From: a virus
Lineage: Duplodnaviria > Heunggongvirae > Uroviricota > Caudoviricetes
Strand: one strand, 5' to 3'
DNA: 41,166 nucleotides
IMG/VR virus record: IMGVR_UViG_3300028886_000031
Span: 280,485 to 321,650 of that record
Shown in pieces: positions 8,014 to 16,687 of this stretch (the stretch's first letter is position 1; each line of letters begins with the position of its first letter). A model generated the notes under the pieces. It saw nothing but the letters and a program-made list of their open reading frames with translations. It searched no databases and was not told where the DNA came from. The position numbers and the translations under genes are program-made.

Positions 8014-8913
8014 ATGGATAATAATTCAATTCATTATTGTAAGAATTGTGGTGAAAAATTTTATAATGATAAAAGTGATTTTTGCAGTAAACATTGTGCA
8101 TGTGGATATAATCCTATTATAACTAAAATGTGTCCATATTGTAAACAAGAATTTACAATCAAAAAGAAAAAATTTGCTGCACATGTCAAATATTGTACAC
8201 AAAATCCAAAAAGAATAGAAATAGATAAAAATTTAAAGAAAACTGGCGCAGAAACAATTGATAAAAAATATGGATTATTTAAAGAATTTATTGTAAAATG
8301 CCATGTATGTGGAACGAAATTTACTGTAATAGAAAGAGAGAAATTATTTCCACAAAAAGAACGATATTATTGTAGTGACGAATGTGGAAAAAAATATGCC
8401 AATTCTTGCATGAATCATGATACATTCCAAAAAATATCAAATACACTAAGATCTAGATATAATAAAAAGCCAAGAATATGTCCAGTTTGTAAAAAAGAAT
8501 TTACAGGCAATAGAAAATGTTGTTCTGATAAATGTAGAAAGTTTTATATTCATGAATCTTATGATAGAAGTCATCTTATTAAAAGAAGTCAATTAGAATT
8601 ATATCGATCAAAATGTGATTTTCATTTTTCTTTAAGAGATTATCCAGACGAATTTAATTTCGATTTAATTAAACAATATGGATGGTATAAAGCAAAAAAT
8701 CATGGAGATAATTTGAATGGCGTATCTCGTGATCATATGTATAGTATTAAAGAAGGTTTTGTGAATAATGTTGATCCAAAAATTATGTCACATCCAGCAA
8801 ATTGTAAATTATTAAGGCATTCAGATAATGTTCGTAAAAATTCAAAAAGTAGTATCACATTACAACAATTACTAGAAAGAATAGATGCTTGGGATAAAAA
8901 ATATAATAAATGA
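8014..8913 (+). CDS. Free-standing HNH homing endonuclease with multiple CxxC zinc-binding repeats
   Basis: Several CxxC pairs; C-terminal SRDH...HPANC...SDNVRK fits an HNH core; location inside a tRNA cluster. Confidence 0.75.
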   Translation: MDNNSIHYCKNCGEKFYNDKSDFCSKHCACGYNPIITKMCPYCKQEFTIKKKKFAAHVKYCTQNPKRIEIDKNLKKTGAETIDKKYGLFKEFIVKCHVCGTKFTVIEREKLFPQKERYYCSDECGKKYANSCMNHDTFQKISNTLRSRYNKKPRICPVCKKEFTGNRKCCSDKCRKFYIHESYDRSHLIKRSQLELYRSKCDFHFSLRDYPDEFNFDLIKQYGWYKAKNHGDNLNGVSRDHMYSIKEGFVNNVDPKIMSHPANCKLLRHSDNVRKNSKSSITLQQLLERIDAWDKKYNK

Positions 8914-8923
8914 TAAATATTTT

Positions 8924-9014
8924 GGGCCATTAACTCAGTCCGTTAGAGTGCTTCCTTTGCACGGAAGAAGCGTCATTGACGTTCACGTGGGTTAAAATCC
9001 CACATGGTCCACCA
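8924..9014 (+). tRNA. tRNA-Ala (TGC) with 19-nt variable arm
   Basis: GGGCCAT/ATGGTCC acceptor with G3-U70, A73, CCA; CTTCC-TTTGCAC-GGAAG; variable stem AGCGTC/GACGTT; T-loop TTAAAAT. Confidence 0.85.
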
Positions 9015-9016
9015 TA

Positions 9017-9090
9017 GCATCTGTAACTCAATGGCAGAGTGTCAGCCTTCCAAGCTGATTACGAGGGTTCGATTCCCTTCAGATGCTCCA
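9017..9090 (+). tRNA. tRNA-Gly (TCC)
   Basis: Canonical cloverleaf GCATCTG/CAGATGC, U73, CCA; TCAGC-CTTCCAA-GCTGA. Confidence 0.95.
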
Positions 9091-9136
9091 TTATTAAATA
9101 GATTTCCTATAATTTTTTTAGAAAAAAATTAAAGAT

Positions 9137-9211
9137 TGCGGGATAGTGCATCGGTTGCATACTGGGCTCATAACCCGGAGATGGTTGGTTCGACTCCAAC
9201 TCCCGCTACCA
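9137..9211 (+). tRNA. Initiator tRNA-fMet (CAT)
   Basis: 1:72 mismatch (U/U), three consecutive G-C pairs closing the anticodon stem (CTGGG/CCCGG), A73, CCA. Confidence 0.9.
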
Positions 9212-9215
9212 ATTT

Positions 9216-9293
9216 AAACATGGGTGACAGACCATTATATTTCCTTTGAACCTTCTGTGTGCTTGTTTATTAAATGGACCTCCCATGTTTTTT
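9216..9293 (+). other. Large-loop hairpin with T-run between two tRNA genes
   Basis: AAACATGGG/CCCATGTTT outer stem, partial CCATT/AATGG inner stem, T-run to 9293. Confidence 0.5.
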
Positions 9294-9295
9294 AT

Positions 9296-9371
9296 AGCAG
9301 GATAGTGGTAGTGTCTCCATACAAGTTGAAACACATTTGTGATGTTGGTTAAAATCCAACTCCTGCTACCA
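9296..9371 (+). tRNA. Atypical tRNA-like RNA (initiator-tRNA-like body, 8-nt anticodon loop TGAAACAC; possibly Phe-GAA or non-decoding)
   Basis: Perfect acceptor AGCAGGA/TCCTGCT, A73, CCA; D-stem GTGG/CCAT; T-arm GTTGG-TTAAAAT-CCAAC; anticodon stem CAAGT/ATTTG. Confidence 0.7.
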
Positions 9372-9374
9372 ATT

Positions 9375-9409
9375 GCCATAGGATAATTATATCCTATGGC
9401 TTATTTTTT
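9375..9409 (+). terminator. Intrinsic terminator ending the tRNA cluster
   Basis: Perfect 11-bp stem GCCATAGGATA/TATCCTATGGC followed by TTATTTTTT. Confidence 0.85.
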
Positions 9410-9444
9410 CTAAAAAATTAAAATTTAGAACATAATAATGTTAT

Positions 9445-11772
9445 ATGAAACTAAGCAACAGTTTTCGCGGATTAAGAAGACATAAAAATTATGTAGAAAA
9501 TTTAGGGAATAAGAGAGAGAAAGTTTTACAGAAATTAGATAAGAATTATCCATCTAAAATCATTAAAAGTGATATTAAAAAAGTTACAAAAGAGAAAAAA
9601 AGACAAAAAAATACTTTTAAAATCATCAAAAAAACAACAGAAGATAAATCAGAACATAAAAGTATCCCAAGTTTTAAAGAAAAACAAATTCCATATATTA
9701 GTTTTATAATAGCTTTTTATAACAACGCACCATATATAGAAAGATGTATCAATTCCATTCTTAATCAAACAGTTAAAAATATAGAAATCATACTTGTTAA
9801 TGATGGATCTACAGATAATGTAGAACCAATTCTGGAAACATATAGAGAAAAATATTCAAACATTAAAGTTATTAACCAAGAGAATAAAGGTGTTTCTGCT
9901 GCCAGAAATATCGGTATTAAAAATTCTAATGGCTTATACCTAGCATTTATCGATGGGGATGATTACATTACTCCTGATATGTCTGAATATTTATTAGACA
10001 GATGTTTAAAATATAATTTAGATGCTTGTTATTTCGATTTTAAATTCATAGATGTTTCTACAAATAAAATCCTAAAAGCTGCTTATCACTTTAAAAATTT
10101 TTTATCGGAATTTAAATTTGAAAAAGTAATTTCCACATATGACATAAAACTAGATATTTTATGTAGTAGTATGGCTATGGGAATATATAAAAGAAAAATT
10201 TTTATAGACAATAACATCACATTCAATGAAGAAGTTGAATTTGGCGAAGATTTTTTAGTAAAATTTGACTATTTTTATTTATATAAAAGAATAATGTTTG
10301 TAAATAAAGAGTTCTATATTTATTGCAGAAATAGAAATGATAGTGCTACAACTACAATTAACAGGCATATAGATAGAATTATTGTATTTTTAAATAATAT
10401 TATAAAAATGTATTTAAGACATCTAATCAATGATTCTAGAAATAATAGTCAATATATCAATCTTATTTTACGTGAAATAACACATTACGTCAGAATACTT
10501 AAATGTCAAAAAACTGATGAATGGTGTCAAAACAATCTTTATTTAATAGATCCAGATCTAATTCTAAATAATGATATTAATCCGCTATATATAGATAGAT
10601 TAAAGAATATTATAGATCTTAAAAGATTTAATAATCTATATGATAAGATATCTTTTTATAGATCCAAATTAAAAAAGTCATATTATATTATTACTGGTCA
10701 ATTAAATTCTACAGAGAATGAATCTATAGATTCTTGGTTATTTTTTAAATACTTAAGACAAAATAATATAGATTCCATATATGTCTGTTGGAAAAATCAT
10801 AAATCGTATGCCGAATATAAGAAATTATATCCAGAATATGTTATCGGAATGAATGGTAATTGTGTTACAGATGAGGAGTTCTTTAGTTCTAGATTATTTC
10901 CATATATTGTCAGGTCAAAATTTTTAATTCAAGAAAATTCAGCTTTAAATTCTAATATAGAAAAATATATTTATAACTGTAAAGATTTTTGTAGAGTATT
11001 CTTGGGTCATGGAATAACTGTAAGTAATGATATTAATTATTTAAAATTTTTAGATATTTATAATGTATCATCCGATAATGAAAAGAAAATTGTAAAAGAA
11101 GCCGTTACACATACAAAATTGAATAACAGTAACTTTATTGTCGCTGGTTTACCAAGATATGATTACTTAAAAGATGAGTATGATAGTCAAAGAAAATACG
11201 CATTCATAATGTTCACATGGAGATATACATTTACAGATTCACTTAAAATTCAGAGCAGTGATTATTTAAAGAATATACTTAATCTTGTAAACGAAGATAA
11301 TATTAATAAGTTAAAATCTAATGGAATTACTCCTATATTATGTATACATCATCATATATTAAATAAACTTAAACTCAAATTAAACTTAGATAACGTTATT
11401 ATACCAGAATCGACACAAATCTCTAGTTATATTAGAAAATCATTTGTATGTGTTACAGATTACTCAAGTGTTAACTATGATTTTAGATTCTTAAATAAAC
11501 CTGTGATTTTTTGGACTCCAGATTTGAATAGTTCTAAATTATCTAACGTAGATCTTCAAAAACAGTCCATTTGTATAAAAAGATTAAGTATTTTTAACGA
11601 TACTGTTACAGATATAGATTCTGTAATCCATAAAATCATATATTACTCAAAGAATCCGTATTTATCAAAAGATAAGATTATTTTGAATAATTCTTTCTTT
11701 AAATATAGAAAAAATATTTCAGAACATTTATATAATGGATTAGAGAGAATGTATTCTCAATTAAAAAATTAG
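9445..11772 (+). CDS. GT2 glycosyltransferase fused to a CDP-glycerol glycerophosphotransferase (TagF-like) domain
   Basis: GT2: SFIIAFYN, EIILVNDGSTD, GVSAARNIG, FIDGDD. TagF-like: FLGHGI, GLPRYD, FTWR, TDYSSVNYDF..LNKPVIF. Confidence 0.85.
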   Translation: MKLSNSFRGLRRHKNYVENLGNKREKVLQKLDKNYPSKIIKSDIKKVTKEKKRQKNTFKIIKKTTEDKSEHKSIPSFKEKQIPYISFIIAFYNNAPYIERCINSILNQTVKNIEIILVNDGSTDNVEPILETYREKYSNIKVINQENKGVSAARNIGIKNSNGLYLAFIDGDDYITPDMSEYLLDRCLKYNLDACYFDFKFIDVSTNKILKAAYHFKNFLSEFKFEKVISTYDIKLDILCSSMAMGIYKRKIFIDNNITFNEEVEFGEDFLVKFDYFYLYKRIMFVNKEFYIYCRNRNDSATTTINRHIDRIIVFLNNIIKMYLRHLINDSRNNSQYINLILREITHYVRILKCQKTDEWCQNNLYLIDPDLILNNDINPLYIDRLKNIIDLKRFNNLYDKISFYRSKLKKSYYIITGQLNSTENESIDSWLFFKYLRQNNIDSIYVCWKNHKSYAEYKKLYPEYVIGMNGNCVTDEEFFSSRLFPYIVRSKFLIQENSALNSNIEKYIYNCKDFCRVFLGHGITVSNDINYLKFLDIYNVSSDNEKKIVKEAVTHTKLNNSNFIVAGLPRYDYLKDEYDSQRKYAFIMFTWRYTFTDSLKIQSSDYLKNILNLVNEDNINKLKSNGITPILCIHHHILNKLKLKLNLDNVIIPESTQISSYIRKSFVCVTDYSSVNYDFRFLNKPVIFWTPDLNSSKLSNVDLQKQSICIKRLSIFNDTVTDIDSVIHKIIYYSKNPYLSKDKIILNNSFFKYRKNISEHLYNGLERMYSQLKN

Positions 11773-11773
11773 T

Positions 11774-12433
11774 CTATAGAATATCTGCAACATCTAAAAT
11801 TTGATGTTTTTTATTTCTTACCCAGCTATGATATTCATAATGATCTATATAGAGTGGATATTTATTAAATGATTCTTTAAGTTGACATTCTAAAAATAAA
11901 TTACGGAATGAAAGAAATCTCTCTAACTGTTCATCCCTAAATAAATAAATTATTTTTTTCATTCCTTTTTCATTATGTTCCGTAAAATGACATTTACTCG
12001 AACCACAAAAGAATGTAGCAATATAACTGCTTATATGTTTATTATTTTTAAAACATAAATATTTTGATTTAAATGATTTATTTTTTAACAATTCATCATC
12101 GAATGGTCTAACTGGAAATGTATCACAATCTAAATAGATTCCACCATACTTATTTAATAATTTACGTCTATATGTATCTGATAAATGAACAGTTATGAAC
12201 TTATTATTTAAAGGCATAAATGGATTGTATCTTTTTCCAGATTTCAATTCCTTAATAGTTTCTTTTAAAACTTCATCATTACAGTTTTCCCAGTTTTCTA
12301 ATTGCTCTGTTGTATAATTAATTAAATCTACTTTAAAGTCAGAATTAATTTTCTTAAATGAATTAACAGCAAAATCTACATAATTTGGTTTATTATTTCC
12401 AAACCACAAAAAAAATATCTGTTTTGGTATCAT
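11774..12433 (-). CDS. GT32 family glycosyltransferase (DxD sugar-binding type)
   Basis: MIPKQIFFLWFG; SDTYR..LL.KYGGIYLDCDT; C-terminal YIDH-x5-W. Confidence 0.85.
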   Translation of the reverse strand: MIPKQIFFLWFGNNKPNYVDFAVNSFKKINSDFKVDLINYTTEQLENWENCNDEVLKETIKELKSGKRYNPFMPLNNKFITVHLSDTYRRKLLNKYGGIYLDCDTFPVRPFDDELLKNKSFKSKYLCFKNNKHISSYIATFFCGSSKCHFTEHNEKGMKKIIYLFRDEQLERFLSFRNLFLECQLKESFNKYPLYIDHYEYHSWVRNKKHQILDVADIL

Positions 12434-12562
12434 CTCTGTTAAACATTCTTTTTTATTTTAATTCTTTAAATTAATACATCAAATCTATATATATAAATTA
12501 TCATTGTATTATTATGGTTAATAATACAATTATTCTAAAACCCTAACAGAAAGGAAAATTAC

Positions 12563-13255
12563 ATGTTGAATGATGAAGAAAAAATGCAAATTGCCGTGGA
12601 AGTACTTCCATTGGCAATTCAAGCACTACATAACGCTAAACGGTTTTTGCGTTGCGAATTAAATGGAACATGGTGGAAACTCCCAGATAATATTATACAA
12701 GCAGTTCTTACAGATTGTTGCATTGTGTTAGAAATGCTGTATGGATTAGGATTGTTTCCAATTGGAGGTAAAGAAGAATTCATTCACATAAATGTGGATG
12801 AAAAAGAAAAAATATTTGAAAAATTCAACTGGATTAAATGTCAGCAATCCGAAAAACTAAATGAGATGGCTAAGTATGAAATCGCAGAGAAATTTAAAGA
12901 TTACAAAAAGGATTTCGAAACATGGGGTCAGAAAAAGATTGAAGAGGAATGTCTTAAGTTCAAAACTAGGGTGATTGATAAATTTCAATCTTTATTGGAT
13001 AAATTCCAAAAAAGCTTAAAATTTATTAATGAAATAGCTAGACTGAGTGATCATTTTAAAATGTTATGTCATCGGCTCGACAAATTATATAAGACATATC
13101 CTTCAAATGAAACAGTAAAGCAATTATATTATAGAACTCTTCCGGAGATTCTTCAAATATATAAGGAAAATCAAATCACTTCCACAAATCTCAATTTGTT
13201 TGATGAAATAAAAAAGTCTTGCGAAAAAGCCAAGCAAGACATAGAATCACTCTGA
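12563..13255 (+). CDS. Hypothetical helical protein
   Basis: GAAAGGA SD; 230 aa; has its own terminator; sits between glycan genes. Confidence 0.8.
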   Translation: MLNDEEKMQIAVEVLPLAIQALHNAKRFLRCELNGTWWKLPDNIIQAVLTDCCIVLEMLYGLGLFPIGGKEEFIHINVDEKEKIFEKFNWIKCQQSEKLNEMAKYEIAEKFKDYKKDFETWGQKKIEEECLKFKTRVIDKFQSLLDKFQKSLKFINEIARLSDHFKMLCHRLDKLYKTYPSNETVKQLYYRTLPEILQIYKENQITSTNLNLFDEIKKSCEKAKQDIESL

Positions 13256-13264
13256 TCCGAAAAC

Positions 13265-13299
13265 TATGGGACTATGTTATATAGCCCCATATGTTTTTT
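13265..13299 (+). terminator. Intrinsic terminator between convergent genes
   Basis: TATGGG-A-CTAT/ATAG-C-CCCATA stem followed by T6. Confidence 0.65.
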
Positions 13300-13320
13300 A
13301 TTTAATTTTTTAATACAGAA

Positions 13321-15033
13321 TTATTGAAAACCATTAAATAGTTTTTTAATGTTGAGCTTGTTTCTTATCTCGTTAAAAAATAAAAATCCTTTTAAAGTAT
13401 TTGTTCTGACATGATTGCATCCTTTCTGTGGTGTAAAATCCTGTCCTATATGAACTTTGTTTTTTGAATTTAACCAGAAATCTGATACTGTAATATCAGA
13501 ATAAGATTTTAATCCATGTCCATAAATACAATTTTCACATCTATCTAATCTATTTTTAAAAACAAAACTATTAAAATACTCAACATTGTAATTTAAAACG
13601 ATGTTATTATCTAATGTAACACGTATTCCATTGACAGTATGATTATATCTAAAATCTATATCTTTTATAGCTCTGTGATATTTATCTTTAATATATTGTA
13701 CAAATTCTTTTAATCTTTGAGGTTTTGAAAAACCACGACATTTAAAATCAACAAGTAAAAGATTGTTATAATCTTTATTTAAATATTTTTTAAGCATATA
13801 AATTTGACATGGTGAACCTATATATAATATATTTATACCATTTTCTAGTTTTTCTTTAATATCTCTAAACTTTGGAAGAAATGAAAAATTATACTTGCTT
13901 TTAGATAAATATCTAAAATAATCATCCATGTTATCTACTGGTTTTATAATAACTTTTGTAAAATCTTCATTATAGGATCCTCCATAGACTATGTAATTAT
14001 TATCTATGGCATATCTAGCTAACTCAGCACAAACACCGCCAGATGTAGACTTGTCATGGATACCTTTATCCTTTGAGTAACATGCGTAATTAAACACACA
14101 AGAATTTTTAAAATAGTTTAACGCCCTCTCTTGTTCATATTTTATATACTTCTGGATTTCATCAAAATTTTCTATAATCCCACCATTATATTTTACATGT
14201 AAAATATCTATAAGATTCATTATTCTATAATTATTCTCAAACTCAATATCTTTTTTCTGGAATATAATAGAAAATGAGAATCCATGGAAACTACAAGTTG
14301 TTATTTTTCGACAATGATGTACAAGCCAAAGAAATTCACCGTATCCAATTTTATTACTTTGTATGGGATTATTAAAATAAAGATGATATGTTCTTGTTCC
14401 ATCTTTATTTGTCGTAAAATGAGATTCATCATTTTTACTTTTACTTCTCATATAGCAAAAATCAAATACTTCATTATCATTTATAAATTCTGGTTTTTTC
14501 TCTATATTTGTCCAGAAATCTATGTCCCATAAGAATACAGGATCTATATTATATGTGCTATTTTCGATTTTGTTATATGATATTGATTCTTTTTCTCTAA
14601 ACGATATATATTTAAAATATTTGGACACGAATTTTTTATATTGTCCTAACTTTAAACAATCACTAGCGGCATATGTTATAAAATGCTTCTCACCACATTT
14701 GACTAATGTTCTTCCACATAAAAAATCTTTAACATGTGACCCCATCCATTTATTGTCTAAATTAAAAACTTGATCACTTCCAATGACATATAAGTCAAAA
14801 CCAGTGAATGTTTTCGTATCATCTAAATTTATAGATATTGGTTTTAAAAATTTAGATTCTAAAGCACTATTTTTTACAGGCACTAGTCTTTTTTTGTATC
14901 CCATTGCATATACGAATGTGTATATATCATCTGTTTTATAAATATTTTTTAGATACTGAACCAGTGCTATATTTTGGAGTCTCTGCCCATAATTATTACC
15001 ATAAGTATAATGGGTGATAACAGCAATTCTCAT
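13321..15033 (-). CDS. Polysaccharide pyruvyltransferase domain fused to an F420-hydrogenase beta-subunit-like (FrhB/FdhB) domain
   Basis: N-half NYGQRLQNIAL, IGSDQVF, SFHG..FSIIF; C-half STSGG, SKY, IGSPCQI, DFKCRG, RCENC, SDIT.SDFW. Confidence 0.8.
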   Translation of the reverse strand: MRIAVITHYTYGNNYGQRLQNIALVQYLKNIYKTDDIYTFVYAMGYKKRLVPVKNSALESKFLKPISINLDDTKTFTGFDLYVIGSDQVFNLDNKWMGSHVKDFLCGRTLVKCGEKHFITYAASDCLKLGQYKKFVSKYFKYISFREKESISYNKIENSTYNIDPVFLWDIDFWTNIEKKPEFINDNEVFDFCYMRSKSKNDESHFTTNKDGTRTYHLYFNNPIQSNKIGYGEFLWLVHHCRKITTCSFHGFSFSIIFQKKDIEFENNYRIMNLIDILHVKYNGGIIENFDEIQKYIKYEQERALNYFKNSCVFNYACYSKDKGIHDKSTSGGVCAELARYAIDNNYIVYGGSYNEDFTKVIIKPVDNMDDYFRYLSKSKYNFSFLPKFRDIKEKLENGINILYIGSPCQIYMLKKYLNKDYNNLLLVDFKCRGFSKPQRLKEFVQYIKDKYHRAIKDIDFRYNHTVNGIRVTLDNNIVLNYNVEYFNSFVFKNRLDRCENCIYGHGLKSYSDITVSDFWLNSKNKVHIGQDFTPQKGCNHVRTNTLKGFLFFNEIRNKLNIKKLFNGFQ

Positions 15034-15094
15034 AGATTTTAAATATATTATATATTTTAATTTTTTAGTAGAATAAAAAAAAGAATTCTATTTA

Positions 15095-15207
15095 ATGGAG
15101 AGAGTGAAATATGAAGAGATATAAAAAAATTATGTGATGCTGTATATCTACATAGAACAGAAAACATTTCTACAACAGATATTAAAAAGAAGATGAAAGA
15201 AACATAG
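15095..15207 (+). pseudogene. tagD: Remnant C-terminus of glycerol-3-phosphate cytidylyltransferase (TagD-like)
   Basis: 15115-15207 reads RDIKKLCDAVYLHRTENISTTDIKKKMKET*, matching the TagD tail (CEVVYLPRTEGISTTKIK); in-frame TGA and frame breaks just upstream; no HxGH N-terminus. Confidence 0.7.
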
Positions 15208-15209
15208 AA

Positions 15210-15776
15210 TTAATTTGCTTTCTGAACATTCTGTTGAATGCTTTCTTTTGGTTTTGCTAACCACTCTAAAAATGCTTGCCAACCATTATTGATTGTAATA
15301 GATGCTATAATTAAACCTATTATAAAAGTAAGAAATCCAAACGGTTTAGATAAGTAAGATATGATTTTACTAACTGGTTTAATTTCTGTTTGAGTTGTAT
15401 CTATTTTTACACTTATTATGCCAATACTTTTTTTAAGATTGGATTCTACTGCATCTATCTTAGAGCTCACGTCATCGATACTTTTCTTTAATTCGTTAAG
15501 TTCAGAACTAAGATCTTCTATTTTTGTTTTTAGATCTTTAAACTCTGATGTAAAAACATCGGTTCTTTTATAGAAATCCCCAGCTGTTGTCTCTAACAAT
15601 TTAGTGAGTTGCTCACAATTAGAAATAATTTTTGTAATAGAAAGAATTTCTGCATCACTCTGTGTTCCGATGCGATCTAGTATTGGCTTATAATTACTAA
15701 TTTTCTGAGATAGGTCATTTACAGAGCTAATTAAAGAGTCTACTAGAAGCTTAATGATTGGGTTAATCTCTTCCAT
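15210..15776 (-). CDS. Coiled-coil protein with C-terminal transmembrane segment (holin-like)
   Basis: Long heptad-rich region, then KPFGFLTFIIGLIIASITI hydrophobic helix. Confidence 0.55.
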   Translation of the reverse strand: MEEINPIIKLLVDSLISSVNDLSQKISNYKPILDRIGTQSDAEILSITKIISNCEQLTKLLETTAGDFYKRTDVFTSEFKDLKTKIEDLSSELNELKKSIDDVSSKIDAVESNLKKSIGIISVKIDTTQTEIKPVSKIISYLSKPFGFLTFIIGLIIASITINNGWQAFLEWLAKPKESIQQNVQKAN

Positions 15777-15786
15777 AAATCTCTTT

Positions 15787-16656
15787 TTATAGTTTATTAA
15801 AAGATTGAAACTTCTCCTTAATGTAACTCTCTAAATTTGCTTGTTCATTCTTGTTGTTAATTATATAAGCTAATATAGAGCTCAGACTTTGGATCATAGT
15901 TAATTCTACTGGCGTTAACAATATATGACTATATGGTATGAATTCAAAATAACCGATTGTCTTCGGTCCAAAAACCAATTTCAATACATATACATTTTTA
16001 TTACCGAGACTATCGTCATTTACAAATTCTTTAATATAACTATCCTTATATTTCTTAATATGAAGAATATCAGTAATTGGCGTAACTATATTTTCATCAA
16101 ACTTTGCATCTAAATACGTAAGATCTTTTATATATCGGCAATCCTGGGATGCTATATTATCCTTGCAGTATAAAATATGATCATGACCGTTTCTAAAAAG
16201 TACTAGTGAATGTTCTATTTTTAAAGCGTTATGAAGATCTTTTACAATATCAAAAATATCGGATCTTTGTTTATATAAGAAGTTCTGAATTAGCTTGGCA
16301 ATACCTATGATAACATCCTGTGACCTTTGTAAGTAGTAATCATATTTATAAATGGTTTCCATCCAGAAGTTGGATTCCTCTGTGGGATCAAATTTGTCAC
16401 ACCTGTCAAAATGAAAAACAATTTTGGAGTTTAGTATCTCTGTACTAAGATAATAATCTGTATCGTTTACAAGCTTTAGTTTTCGTACTTTGATGTATTT
16501 GCCATCTTTAAAAATAGTTTTAATATACTCATGAAAATCTGGTAGAGATTGTTCATTTACGATTTCAAATATTGTTTTTATATCAAGGTCATCTGGTTTT
16601 TGTATAACATCTCCACGCAAATTACATATAATTGCCATATAATTTGGTAGGTTCAT
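15787..16656 (-). CDS. Putative PAS/GAF sensor-like protein with no output domain
   Basis: C-terminal VLKLVFGPKTIGYFEF...LTPVELTMIQSLSSILAYIINN follows the GAF-terminal pattern; N-terminal IICNLRGDVI...IFEIVNEQSLPDF is PAS-like. Confidence 0.5.
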   Translation of the reverse strand: MNLPNYMAIICNLRGDVIQKPDDLDIKTIFEIVNEQSLPDFHEYIKTIFKDGKYIKVRKLKLVNDTDYYLSTEILNSKIVFHFDRCDKFDPTEESNFWMETIYKYDYYLQRSQDVIIGIAKLIQNFLYKQRSDIFDIVKDLHNALKIEHSLVLFRNGHDHILYCKDNIASQDCRYIKDLTYLDAKFDENIVTPITDILHIKKYKDSYIKEFVNDDSLGNKNVYVLKLVFGPKTIGYFEFIPYSHILLTPVELTMIQSLSSILAYIINNKNEQANLESYIKEKFQSFNKL

Positions 16657-16687
16657 ATTCTTCTTACACTCTTACTTTCATGTATCA

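Noticed and set aside
7867-8923. Group I intron interrupting a tRNA and encoding the HNH
   Set aside because: No recognisable P7/R/S core sequences, only about 10 nt after the ORF stop, and no matching 3' tRNA exon; an independent full tRNA follows
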